A stretch of DNA of 60,632 nucleotides from a virus (Duplodnaviria; Caudoviricetes). Below are positions 35,357-44,623 of the stretch, in pieces. The notes under the pieces are model-generated. The model ran no database searches and was not told the origin of the DNA. It saw only the letters and a list, made by a program, of their open reading frames with translations. Numbering within the stretch: the first letter of the stretch is position 1; every line of letters begins with the position of its first letter. The translations under genes were made by a program, and so were the position numbers. The stretch spans positions 1-60,632 of IMG/VR virus record IMGVR_UViG_3300031885_000014. One strand, given 5' to 3'.

Positions 35357-38272
35357 ATGGGCTTCGGCCTGACTCCCTACACCCTGGATGGCATGTTGCT
35401 GATGACCGGCACGTACGCGGATGCCTTCTTCAACGCCGGCGATGACCCCCTGAGTACCGTCACCCATGAGGCCATAGAGGCCGAGATCGCGGGCAACTAC
35501 CCGGTCGTGAACCGTCAGCAGCCCGAGGGCAAGGTCTTCCCCCTACACATCGTCCTTGACGAGCCAACTGAGGCCAACATGGCCGCCGTCAAGTGCCTCT
35601 GCGACCCGGACAAGGGCGCGATTATCCTGACGGCAAAGGACCAGACGCCGGTCACGCGCCGCCTCACGGTCTACGTCGAGGACCTGAAGGTCGTGGTCGA
35701 GGAAGACGAGCCTCAGTACATCGAGCATGTCGCCATCCTCTACGCCCCGCGCCCTGTCTGGGAGAGCGATGCCGAGCACACCACCATGATAACCGGCTCT
35801 GCCAGCCCTACAACCTGGCAGGTGACGAACGCCGGCACCAAGCGCGTCTACCCCGTCTTCGAGATCAAGCCGACGGCGGCGAAGGCCCACACCGTTGACT
35901 ACCTGTACCGCTGGCCTATCTCCATCGCCTCCCGGACGCCGCTCGACATGGTGGACACCCTGGGCGGCCCGTATCCCATCGACGTGGCGGACGGCAACCT
36001 GAATACGTTGGTGGAGATCGCGGCGGGCCGGATGCAGGCCGATGGCGACGACCTGCGCGTGCTACTCAACGGCGTTGAAACGCGGCGCGACCTGAGCGGC
36101 ATGAGTGGCACCGACACAAAGGTCTGGAGCTCCATCCCGTTCAAGGGGATGCTCCGGGCCACTCTGGCCGCTGACATGACCGCCATCGCCCCCGCCAACG
36201 GGGGCAGCATCGCCGTGTCCAACGCCAACGGCCTCGTGGGGTGGCCCCTCAAAGGCTTCGTCCTCTGGGCGAACGGCGAGAAGACCTACTACGGCGACCG
36301 GACGGACACCGAACTCCTGGAGATACTGCGCGGCTCGGGGGGCACCACGGCGGCGATCCACACGGCGGGCGACTATATGTATCGCTCCCAGCACGACGTC
36401 CAGGTGCTCTCCGACTATACGGCGGCCACCGAGCCGAACGGCGCCGACGTTGACCGCAAGCCGGTTATCGACCTGGCCGCGAGCACGAACCTCAAGCACG
36501 TCTACCCCGGCCCGCTAACGGCCCCAGGGACGCTTCGGCCCGGCCAGTGGCTACGGAAGTATACGAATGATAACCTGCTCTCGCCTGCCATCTCCCTTCT
36601 AGACGATGGGACCATCGTGGCTTTCCGCGACATCATTCCGTCGGCGGATGCTCCCCAGTTCAACAACCTTGAACTCTACACGCCCTGTGGCGTGAAGGCG
36701 GCAGCGGGGGCGATCGCCCAAACCATTTCGATGACGGACTTCGGTACCTTGTCCTACATGGACAAACTAACCCTCGAACTCTTAGGCATGGACATGGAGG
36801 GATTTGAGAGCCTGCTGCAAAGGTACCAGTCCTATGGTTGGGCTCCCATCACACCGGCGGCAGTCCTAAGTCGTATACGCTATAATGCCAACCTCTCCGT
36901 CATCACCGGCGCCAGCATCGCTAGCCCCAGCGACAAGGAAGTGACAACCTCGCCGATGGGACAGCAGTTCACTCTTGACAAGTCAACCCTACTGTGTCAC
37001 CTGATCCTACGGCTTAAACGCACCCCTTGGATGCTTGATTGGATTCAGGTCTGGCTTGCAGAGGATGATTTGGATAATATCGGGGAACGCATCTCGCCGA
37101 TTCTCTACATTGCCCCTGTTGAACTAGGTGCCGCTTATTGGGACAAAGTCGCGTGGTTGAATAATCCCATTGCGGCTCTCCAGGCGATTCGCCTTCCGGC
37201 GGGAAAATATTGGTTGGTTGTGTGCCGCGACGGAAATAGTGGTGAACATGTCTACGCAGCCTACAGCCCGACCCAGGTATATGCGAGGGGATTGTTCTCT
37301 GAGGTCGTTGGCGGCGGATTATCTGGTCCAAGAAGTGGAGGAACCTTTGCCGATGACGCAAGTGTCGGCACTATCGCCTGGAACAACCCGAATGACGTTG
37401 CTACTTCGAACGACCTATGGGCAGAGACGAACTTCCTCGCGGTTGGCGAGGTCTCCCACTACCTGAAGGCGACCAACTTCGGCTTCACCATCCCGACAGG
37501 GGCCCTGATATTAGGCATCCAGGTGGACTGGGAACGCCACTATCACGCTGCCGGGGAACACGCAAAAGACTTCTCGGTGAGGATCGTTAAAGGCGGCACG
37601 ATCCAAGGCCATGAAAAGGCGTCGACCGATGACTGGCCCTGGGCGGATACCTACAAATCCTACGGGAGCCAGACTGATCTCTGGGGTTTAGCCTGGACTG
37701 CTGCCGATATCAATGCGGCGACATTCGGGGCCGTTCTCAGCATCGGGGCCATCGATGCAGGGACACCACAGGTTGATCACGTCCGAATCTCTGTTTGGTA
37801 TGGGCAGGCCGCCTACCAGTACCGGCAAACCCTAGACTTCGCGGTCGTGGGTTCGCCAGCAGAGCCGATACAGGAGGATGCCCCGTGTGGTTCGGGGCAG
37901 TATATCACTCTCGACAATGTCGCGGTCACCTTCGACAACGCGACCCCGCTGACCCCGCTTATCGTGCGCGGCGCGCAGGAGACGATCTACCACCTGAATG
38001 CCATCCTGAAGAACGATGACACCGGGCAGGAAGTCAGTGTCGTCTGTCCAATAGCCCTCAATGACATTCTGCGAATCGACACCTACAACAAGAGGATTCA
38101 GCTTATCCCCGTCTCAGCCAACGACCCGACGGTTGACGTGCCGTGGGCCGCCGTCTTCTCCGATGAGGCCGACTGGCTCTACCTGATCCCTGGTGTCAAC
38201 AACCTGCGGGCTACGGAGACTGGGATGGGCACTGTCGAATACAAGACCATCCGGCGTGACGCATGGGCATGA
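35357..38272 (+). CDS. distal tail protein with inserted domains
   Basis: Follows tape measure; VTNAG...YPVFEI and C-terminal WL.L.PG.N.L resemble Dit proteins. Confidence 0.65.
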   Translation: MGFGLTPYTLDGMLLMTGTYADAFFNAGDDPLSTVTHEAIEAEIAGNYPVVNRQQPEGKVFPLHIVLDEPTEANMAAVKCLCDPDKGAIILTAKDQTPVTRRLTVYVEDLKVVVEEDEPQYIEHVAILYAPRPVWESDAEHTTMITGSASPTTWQVTNAGTKRVYPVFEIKPTAAKAHTVDYLYRWPISIASRTPLDMVDTLGGPYPIDVADGNLNTLVEIAAGRMQADGDDLRVLLNGVETRRDLSGMSGTDTKVWSSIPFKGMLRATLAADMTAIAPANGGSIAVSNANGLVGWPLKGFVLWANGEKTYYGDRTDTELLEILRGSGGTTAAIHTAGDYMYRSQHDVQVLSDYTAATEPNGADVDRKPVIDLAASTNLKHVYPGPLTAPGTLRPGQWLRKYTNDNLLSPAISLLDDGTIVAFRDIIPSADAPQFNNLELYTPCGVKAAAGAIAQTISMTDFGTLSYMDKLTLELLGMDMEGFESLLQRYQSYGWAPITPAAVLSRIRYNANLSVITGASIASPSDKEVTTSPMGQQFTLDKSTLLCHLILRLKRTPWMLDWIQVWLAEDDLDNIGERISPILYIAPVELGAAYWDKVAWLNNPIAALQAIRLPAGKYWLVVCRDGNSGEHVYAAYSPTQVYARGLFSEVVGGGLSGPRSGGTFADDASVGTIAWNNPNDVATSNDLWAETNFLAVGEVSHYLKATNFGFTIPTGALILGIQVDWERHYHAAGEHAKDFSVRIVKGGTIQGHEKASTDDWPWADTYKSYGSQTDLWGLAWTAADINAATFGAVLSIGAIDAGTPQVDHVRISVWYGQAAYQYRQTLDFAVVGSPAEPIQEDAPCGSGQYITLDNVAVTFDNATPLTPLIVRGAQETIYHLNAILKNDDTGQEVSVVCPIALNDILRIDTYNKRIQLIPVSANDPTVDVPWAAVFSDEADWLYLIPGVNNLRATETGMGTVEYKTIRRDAWA

Positions 38273-39921
38273 TGATGCGGAAGGTCACCTGTCAGCAGCG
38301 CGTTCTTGCGGCGGCGGACGATGGTACTCAGTGGGGCGGGACCTACTTCCCCGCCCTCTGGTTCGGGCGGTTCGTGGCCAACAGTAACGGCTATGTCCGC
38401 TTCACAGCACTTCCGGTTCCTCGGGGCGCACCCATCTACCGTGCCTACCTCCGATTCCGGGCGTGGAAAAGTGATGCTGTGGCACCCTGCAATGCCATCA
38501 TCGAGGGCGAGGCGGCCGACAACGCGACGGCGATCGCCGATGCTGCCGATTTTGCGAGTAGGCCCCGAACCACAACAACCAGCGCCTGGGACGACATTCC
38601 CGCCTGGGTAGACGACAGTTACTATGATAGCCCAGACATCAGCCCCATCATCCAGGAGATCGTCAAGAGGGGCGGTTGGCGGGCAGCGAACGCCCTGAAC
38701 CTGTTCATCAACAATAACGGTTCCGCCGGGGGGGCGATTAGGTGTCCCGAGTACTTCGAGGACGACCCGGGGAGCACGGTCGAACTTTACATCGAGTACG
38801 GCGTGCCGGTCATCCCCGCAGCCATCGTCACGATCCACGATGATTCCCCGCCGTTCACGATGCTGGCCGAGTTCAGAACCGCCCATGACGTCAACCGCCT
38901 TCTCGTCCACACGCCCGCCGACAAGGGGGCAGGCGCCTTCGACTTCGCTATCTCGGCGTCGGACCCCCAAGCGAACAGGGACACCGTGAAGCGCGGGCTG
39001 GTCGTGGTGATCCGGTCAACCCATCCCGGCTGCCCCCCGTTTGTCGGACGCATAGACCTGATAGAGCACGACCCCGACGCCGGGATCGTGAAGATCAGCG
39101 GCGCCGACTACGCACAGATTCTCTTCGAGCGCCTTCTGCCCCAGGACTGCGTATTCGAGGCCCAGGCCGCCGGCAACATCGCGGCCCAGCTCCTCCGTCT
39201 GGCGAACAGCAGGAACCCTACGGGGGTATGGCCGAACACATCGCCGGGTACGCCGATCCAGGGCCAGTTCGACGCCGGGAGCGCCATGCTGGGCGACGCC
39301 CTGAACGACCTGGCGGGCAAGACGGGTGACGAATGGTGGCTTGAGTACAAGGTCAGCCGCCAGAAGTTAGAGATCACCCTCCGGTGGGGATCGAAGCGCG
39401 GCGAGGACCGGACCTCAGAGGTCGTGCTGCGGGAGGGGAAAGACTTTAAGACCGCCACCTACACCGAGGATGGCTTGGGTTCGGCGAAGTCCGCCGTCGC
39501 CGTGGGCGGCGGCGCCACTCTCGCCGATCGTCCGGCCGCCGCGGTGAGTCGGCAAGCGGCCTCAGTGACGGGCAAGGCGCCTACTGTGGGCACGGCCTCC
39601 GAAGCCTACTCGCGGGGTTCCGCGCCCCTGGGGGTCACGCTCTCCCGTGAAGTCGCGCTCTACTTCCCGCTGGACTCCGATGAGGCGGTCCTGGCGCGCA
39701 CGGCTCAGCGGATGCTAGAGCTGCCCGACAATGCGGCGGAAGCCTTCACCTTGACGCTCTCGCCGCTGGCCCTCTGGGACATCCAGCCGGGGGACGTGGT
39801 GCGCGCCGTGTTCCCGAGCGTGGACTTTGGGGGCGTGGAGCGGAACGTCCGCATCCTGTCGATACAGCCGGACGAACCGACTGACGAACGTGATATCGCG
39901 GTGAGTGTCGAGTATGACTAG
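38269..39921 (+). CDS. tail hub / minor tail protein
   Basis: Position; C-terminal .PGD.V.......V...VRI..I pattern. Confidence 0.6.
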   Translation: MMMRKVTCQQRVLAAADDGTQWGGTYFPALWFGRFVANSNGYVRFTALPVPRGAPIYRAYLRFRAWKSDAVAPCNAIIEGEAADNATAIADAADFASRPRTTTTSAWDDIPAWVDDSYYDSPDISPIIQEIVKRGGWRAANALNLFINNNGSAGGAIRCPEYFEDDPGSTVELYIEYGVPVIPAAIVTIHDDSPPFTMLAEFRTAHDVNRLLVHTPADKGAGAFDFAISASDPQANRDTVKRGLVVVIRSTHPGCPPFVGRIDLIEHDPDAGIVKISGADYAQILFERLLPQDCVFEAQAAGNIAAQLLRLANSRNPTGVWPNTSPGTPIQGQFDAGSAMLGDALNDLAGKTGDEWWLEYKVSRQKLEITLRWGSKRGEDRTSEVVLREGKDFKTATYTEDGLGSAKSAVAVGGGATLADRPAAAVSRQAASVTGKAPTVGTASEAYSRGSAPLGVTLSREVALYFPLDSDEAVLARTAQRMLELPDNAAEAFTLTLSPLALWDIQPGDVVRAVFPSVDFGGVERNVRILSIQPDEPTDERDIAVSVEYD

Positions 39922-40231
39922 GAGATCTCTGGTTCAGGAACACAGGAGCGGGACCGGCCCGTGGGCGCGGCGAACGGCACAACGAGTCCGGCAGGTGGAG
40001 CGGGCCGGCCCGGTGGGCGAGCTCACCCTCACCAGGGTGACGGTTATCGGTAGTGGGGGCGGCGCAGGGGTCGGCGGAGGCGACGCCTCCGCTGTCACCT
40101 ACACCCCCGCCGTTCTTACCGACTGGAACGGTGGTGTTGATCCTGGAAACCAGGATGACGTGAATGACCAGCTCGCCGAGCGGGCGGAGATGACTGAACT
40201 GCTCGCGTGGTTAGCGGGGGGGATACCCTAA
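39914..40231 (+). CDS. minor tail protein
   Basis: Position; Gly-rich linker. Confidence 0.5.
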   Translation: MTRRSLVQEHRSGTGPWARRTAQRVRQVERAGPVGELTLTRVTVIGSGGGAGVGGGDASAVTYTPAVLTDWNGGVDPGNQDDVNDQLAERAEMTELLAWLAGGIP

Positions 40232-40563
40232 TGGCACTGGTGCCGAAGCAACTCGGGCAGGTCGCGCCCACCACGACGACGTGGACCGATCTCTACACGG
40301 TGCCCAGCGGTAGGGTGGCCGTCGTCCAGGCCCTTGAAATCTGCAACAGCAATGCGGTCGACGTGACAGTGCGGCTCTGTTTTGTAGCGAGTGGTGGCTC
40401 GGCAGGCGTGAGTAATGCAATCCTCTGGAACATTACCATAGAGGCTAGTTCGACGCTGGCTTGGAGGGGGCCACACACTTTGAAGGATGTAGGCTCGAAG
40501 ATTCGAGTGTACTCATCCAATAACGATGTCTGTTTCACAGCGAGCGGACTAGAAAGGACATAA
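40231..40563 (+). CDS. small beta-rich virion protein
   Basis: TDLYTVP......V..LEICN...VTVRL pattern of small phage tail-associated proteins. Confidence 0.6.
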   Translation: MALVPKQLGQVAPTTTTWTDLYTVPSGRVAVVQALEICNSNAVDVTVRLCFVASGGSAGVSNAILWNITIEASSTLAWRGPHTLKDVGSKIRVYSSNNDVCFTASGLERT

Positions 40564-40573
40564 GGAGAACGAG

Positions 40574-41035
40574 ATGACAGTCGTAGCAGCCATGTACGGC
40601 AAGGCGCTTTTGGCGGCCCTGAACAAGGAAATCGAATGGGATTCGGCCACCGCTGGCACACAGGTCTTTGTCTCACTCCACACATCGACCTACGTGCCGG
40701 ATCAGGACACGGACGACTACTGGGACAACGCGACCAATGAGGTCGCGGCCGCCGGCGGGTATGCCCAGTACGGCCAGCTTCTCGGCAACCCTGCCATCGG
40801 TTACACCGCCGGCACCAACGTCATCAAGCTGGACGGCGACGATACGGTCTGGGCCGCCTCCACGATCACCGCCCGCGTCGCCGTGGTCTACTTCAAGAAC
40901 CCAGGGGCAACCTCTACTTGGCCGCTCATCTGCTACGAGAAGTCGAGCGCAGACATCGTGAGCACGGGCGGCGACTGGACCATCACCTGGAACGCCAGCG
41001 GGATTTGCACGATCACCGTCGGCGCGGAGGCGTAG
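40574..41035 (+). CDS. virion structural protein
   Basis: AAGGAG RBS; LHTSTY.PD...NEV...GY...W...TITAR.AV.Y...TITWNASGI. Confidence 0.7.
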   Translation: MTVVAAMYGKALLAALNKEIEWDSATAGTQVFVSLHTSTYVPDQDTDDYWDNATNEVAAAGGYAQYGQLLGNPAIGYTAGTNVIKLDGDDTVWAASTITARVAVVYFKNPGATSTWPLICYEKSSADIVSTGGDWTITWNASGICTITVGAEA

Positions 41036-41069
41036 CGAGGCTGAGGAGTATTTCATCCATAGGAGGGAC

Positions 41070-41405
41070 TTGAACATGCCCAAGGACATTGACAAGAGTG
41101 TTGAGGAATTGCAGGCACTCGTGCAGATACCGGGTGCGCTGCGGTTCATCACCTGTCGGCACGCCTGCGGCCCTCAGTACCGGGAGGGGCCAAATTATCA
41201 GCCGGGGACAGAGGAGGAGAAGGCGGCCTGTGAAGCCTTCGAGTACCCGCAGACCGACTGGCGCCACTTCGTCATCCAAGACATCGTGAGCATTGAGGGC
41301 CCAGACCACACCGGGCGGATGACGGCCCATACAGGAGAGGGCAGCTTTCGCCGGGGACGGCCCTATGCGCTGCTGAAGGCGCTGCGGGAGGCGCGGGAAG
41401 TCTAA
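41070..41405 (+). CDS. hypothetical protein
   Basis: GGAGGG RBS. Confidence 0.55.
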   Translation: MNMPKDIDKSVEELQALVQIPGALRFITCRHACGPQYREGPNYQPGTEEEKAACEAFEYPQTDWRHFVIQDIVSIEGPDHTGRMTAHTGEGSFRRGRPYALLKALREAREV

Positions 41406-41435
41406 CCCATCGACCCCATGAGGGGGATACAAGAC

Positions 41436-41972
41436 ATGAAAGGATTGAAGAGATCGCCGAGTCACCTCACCCTGCGGCTCCTAGACCGCGACGGGCGGGT
41501 ACTAGAGGAGTGGAAGGACCTGCCTAACCTCCAGCCGGACGAGGGCGAGACCTGGGTGCTGGAATGCCTCTTCACGGGCGCACAGAGCCTGCCAAGCCCG
41601 CTCACCTACTACCTCGGACTCACCACCCAAGTCTCTACCAAGATCGATGAGGAGACCACACTGGCGACGATCACTGACGGGACCGACGGCACCGAGCCCA
41701 GCGGCAACGGCTACGCCAGGCAGGCCATCCTCCACACCGAGTGGACGATCAGCCAGCCAGGCATCTACAAGAAAGCCACCTCCGACGCACAATCGTTCGC
41801 AGCCAGCGGGGGACCTATCCCAGCGTCCGGGGCCGTCGATTGGGTCTTCCTGTGTACGGCGGCGAGCGGCACAGGCGGCAAGCTGATTGTCGCGGTTGCC
41901 CTGTCCGCTCCCGTAGTTATCCTCGACGGGCAGACCCTCGCGCAGACCATCGCCTACGGGCAGAGTGAATAA
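41436..41972 (+). CDS. virion structural protein
   Basis: YLGL...TEPSGNGYARQAI...F.ASGG...GKLI pattern. Confidence 0.65.
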   Translation: MKGLKRSPSHLTLRLLDRDGRVLEEWKDLPNLQPDEGETWVLECLFTGAQSLPSPLTYYLGLTTQVSTKIDEETTLATITDGTDGTEPSGNGYARQAILHTEWTISQPGIYKKATSDAQSFAASGGPIPASGAVDWVFLCTAASGTGGKLIVAVALSAPVVILDGQTLAQTIAYGQSE

Positions 41973-44623
41973 TGGCAGTCTTTGAGGCACAGGTCGGAGC
42001 CTATTCCTTGCCGGCGCAGAGCGGCGCCCGCTGCGTCTTCACCTACCTCGACAAGACCTACGTGGTGGTGAGAGACGGGACGAGCGGGCTGCGGGTATTC
42101 AAGATCACCCTGGCGGGTGCCGGGACGAGCTGGACTGTGGCCGAGATGGACACAGCCAACCGGCCAACGTCTAACTGCAAGGCATACGCGGCCTGTCAGG
42201 CAGGCACGAGCATCTACATAATGTACGCCGTCACGAACGGCGCAAATGTCGATGCCTTCTACCGCATCTTCGCCGCGGCGACGGACACGTGGGGCAGCGA
42301 GGTAGCCATCGAGGCGGGCCTGACGGCCCCGACCGAATACTACTGTGCCTGCGTCCATGATGGCACCGACCCACACTTCGTCTGGACGTACACGGCGAGC
42401 GGCGTAGATTGGGTCAGGCACAGGATTGCCAGCACGTCAACCGCTGTGGGCGCAGGTGTGCGGCCCGCCATCTCGAATTGCCAGTATGGCGCTGCGCCCA
42501 CTGCGGGCATCGTGGTCTGCTACTGGGACCCGACGGCTACGGCCTACAAGTCGCGGATGCGCCAGATAACAGACGGCTTTTTCCCAGCCGCCCAGACCGT
42601 AGAAGACCTAGCCGCTGTCACCGCCCCCGACATCTCCGTTGCCTACTGTGCCGACAACACCCTGCGTGCCTGCTATGTGGACGCCTCTTCTAATCTCAAG
42701 TGGGCCACCCACGGTGTTCTAGCTGGGCACGAGTGGGCGGTTGAGGGCACAGACACCAATGGCGGTCTTCATCCCTCCGTCTGTCCCGGTATCACAGGGG
42801 CCGTCGCCTACACGCTGGCTGAGGACGATAACGACGATCTGGCGTACTACCGCAACGAGGCGGGCTTTGGTGCCCAGACACGCAAACGATTCAAGATAGG
42901 CACCTACTCGGCCCCCTTCACCGCCGAGGCGATGGAGAACGACTGCTTCATAGATACCGTTTATATGGACAGTACGAACATTATGTGGAAGCGTCTCCTT
43001 ACTGGCCTCGGTGCCAACGGATACGCGGCCCTCTTTGCTCACTACGGAGCCGCCGCCTTGCCTCTGCGAATTCGCTGGATGGGGCAGGGGCTACGAATGT
43101 GGCAGGGCGAACCCGCCATGTCTCGCGTGGAGTTGACCAACGCCGTCAAGGTTCACGAGATGAACGTGGTCAAGGACAAAATCTGGTGCTCCATGCGAAA
43201 TCAGAGCGGGACTGACCCAGGCGCGGTGTACCGCATAACACCTGCCACCCTTACCTGGGACGCCGACGATGACTACCTGGAGTTCGCAGACGACACTTAT
43301 CACCCGAAAGCCGATTCCCACACCTACTCTCCCTACTCTGACCGTGTATACGTGCTGTTCAAGGGTGACAACAATTGCTCCATCATCGCAGTTATCGATC
43401 CCAACGCGGTAACACTCTCGGACGGCTACCTGGGCGACTTCAACGTGCAGCACAACAGCGTCGACGTCAACGCCGGCACGAGCCCGCACATCCTCGCGCT
43501 CGGTGACGCCCTCTACGTCGTCACCTGGACGGGGGGCTACGGGCAATATGCCCAGGCCTATCGTGTGGACATTGACGACATCAACGAGGGCGCTCTGGAC
43601 ATTGGCGTAGACGCCCCCAACGTCGAGACCGCCGACTACGCTCAGCACACGGACGTAAGCCAATACCACGTCGTTGAGTACGACCCCACATCCGGCTACC
43701 TCCTGGCCGGCGCCCAGGCTGGTCTTCCTACCGGCAACGCCCGCGTGGTGAAGATCAACCCTGCCAACCTCTCCCAATACACGGTCTGCGTTCTGGACAG
43801 CTCCGCTCCCCACTGTGACGACATAGCGATCTATGGCGACTACGCCTACGTCCAACAGGAGTACGGCAGCGCCAAGGTTCACAAGATTCGCATCTCCGAC
43901 ATGACACTCATCAAGTCCTGGTCGCCTCCGAAGGGGTGCAACGATGGGGCCTGCGTCTTTCAACTTCGGACCAGTTTCTATGTGGGTTATGACGGCATAG
44001 ACATGATGTACGTGCTCGATCAGGTGGCGATGGACGAGGACGATGAGTGGGTTCCTCTCTGGTGCGCCTTCTTCGACGCGCAGTGTGACGACCCGGACGA
44101 AATGGTGGAGTACGGCAATGAGCAGTTTATCACCCACTGCGAGGGGGCAGATCACACAGGGGGGACCTTCGTCATCAAGGTGTTCGTTGTACCAGGCACC
44201 CTGCCTCCGCCGCCTTCGGGAAGCAAGTTGACCTTCTGGGTGGCCCTACGACCCGTTTGCTACAACGGCAAGGTGGGGGCGTTCCGGGTCTACACGGACG
44301 GGGAGAACAAACTAGGCACGGGGATCACCGTGATGGGCCAGCGGGCGACGGCCTATACCCAGTGTACTAAGTCGGGGGGCGAACCCCTACTGTTGAACAC
44401 CACCAACTACCCCAGTCTCGCGGCAACACCAGAGAGCATCTTCAACTGGACGAGGGAGGCCCCACTGTACCTGAACGGCGAAGGTGCTGGTGGGGGCCAT
44501 GCGGATGCCCCTGACGTTGTGGCGTGTGGTGAGTATGTGGTCATCCAGCTAACAATCGCCTCGACGGCTCTTGCCTCGCTCTCGCCGGGCGAGTTGCTTG
44601 AGTTCGAGTATGTAGGGTCGTGA
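41972..44623 (+). CDS. large beta-propeller-like tail / receptor-binding protein
   Basis: 883 aa, beta-strand-rich, within the tail module. Confidence 0.55.
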   Translation: MAVFEAQVGAYSLPAQSGARCVFTYLDKTYVVVRDGTSGLRVFKITLAGAGTSWTVAEMDTANRPTSNCKAYAACQAGTSIYIMYAVTNGANVDAFYRIFAAATDTWGSEVAIEAGLTAPTEYYCACVHDGTDPHFVWTYTASGVDWVRHRIASTSTAVGAGVRPAISNCQYGAAPTAGIVVCYWDPTATAYKSRMRQITDGFFPAAQTVEDLAAVTAPDISVAYCADNTLRACYVDASSNLKWATHGVLAGHEWAVEGTDTNGGLHPSVCPGITGAVAYTLAEDDNDDLAYYRNEAGFGAQTRKRFKIGTYSAPFTAEAMENDCFIDTVYMDSTNIMWKRLLTGLGANGYAALFAHYGAAALPLRIRWMGQGLRMWQGEPAMSRVELTNAVKVHEMNVVKDKIWCSMRNQSGTDPGAVYRITPATLTWDADDDYLEFADDTYHPKADSHTYSPYSDRVYVLFKGDNNCSIIAVIDPNAVTLSDGYLGDFNVQHNSVDVNAGTSPHILALGDALYVVTWTGGYGQYAQAYRVDIDDINEGALDIGVDAPNVETADYAQHTDVSQYHVVEYDPTSGYLLAGAQAGLPTGNARVVKINPANLSQYTVCVLDSSAPHCDDIAIYGDYAYVQQEYGSAKVHKIRISDMTLIKSWSPPKGCNDGACVFQLRTSFYVGYDGIDMMYVLDQVAMDEDDEWVPLWCAFFDAQCDDPDEMVEYGNEQFITHCEGADHTGGTFVIKVFVVPGTLPPPPSGSKLTFWVALRPVCYNGKVGAFRVYTDGENKLGTGITVMGQRATAYTQCTKSGGEPLLLNTTNYPSLAATPESIFNWTREAPLYLNGEGAGGGHADAPDVVACGEYVVIQLTIASTALASLSPGELLEFEYVGS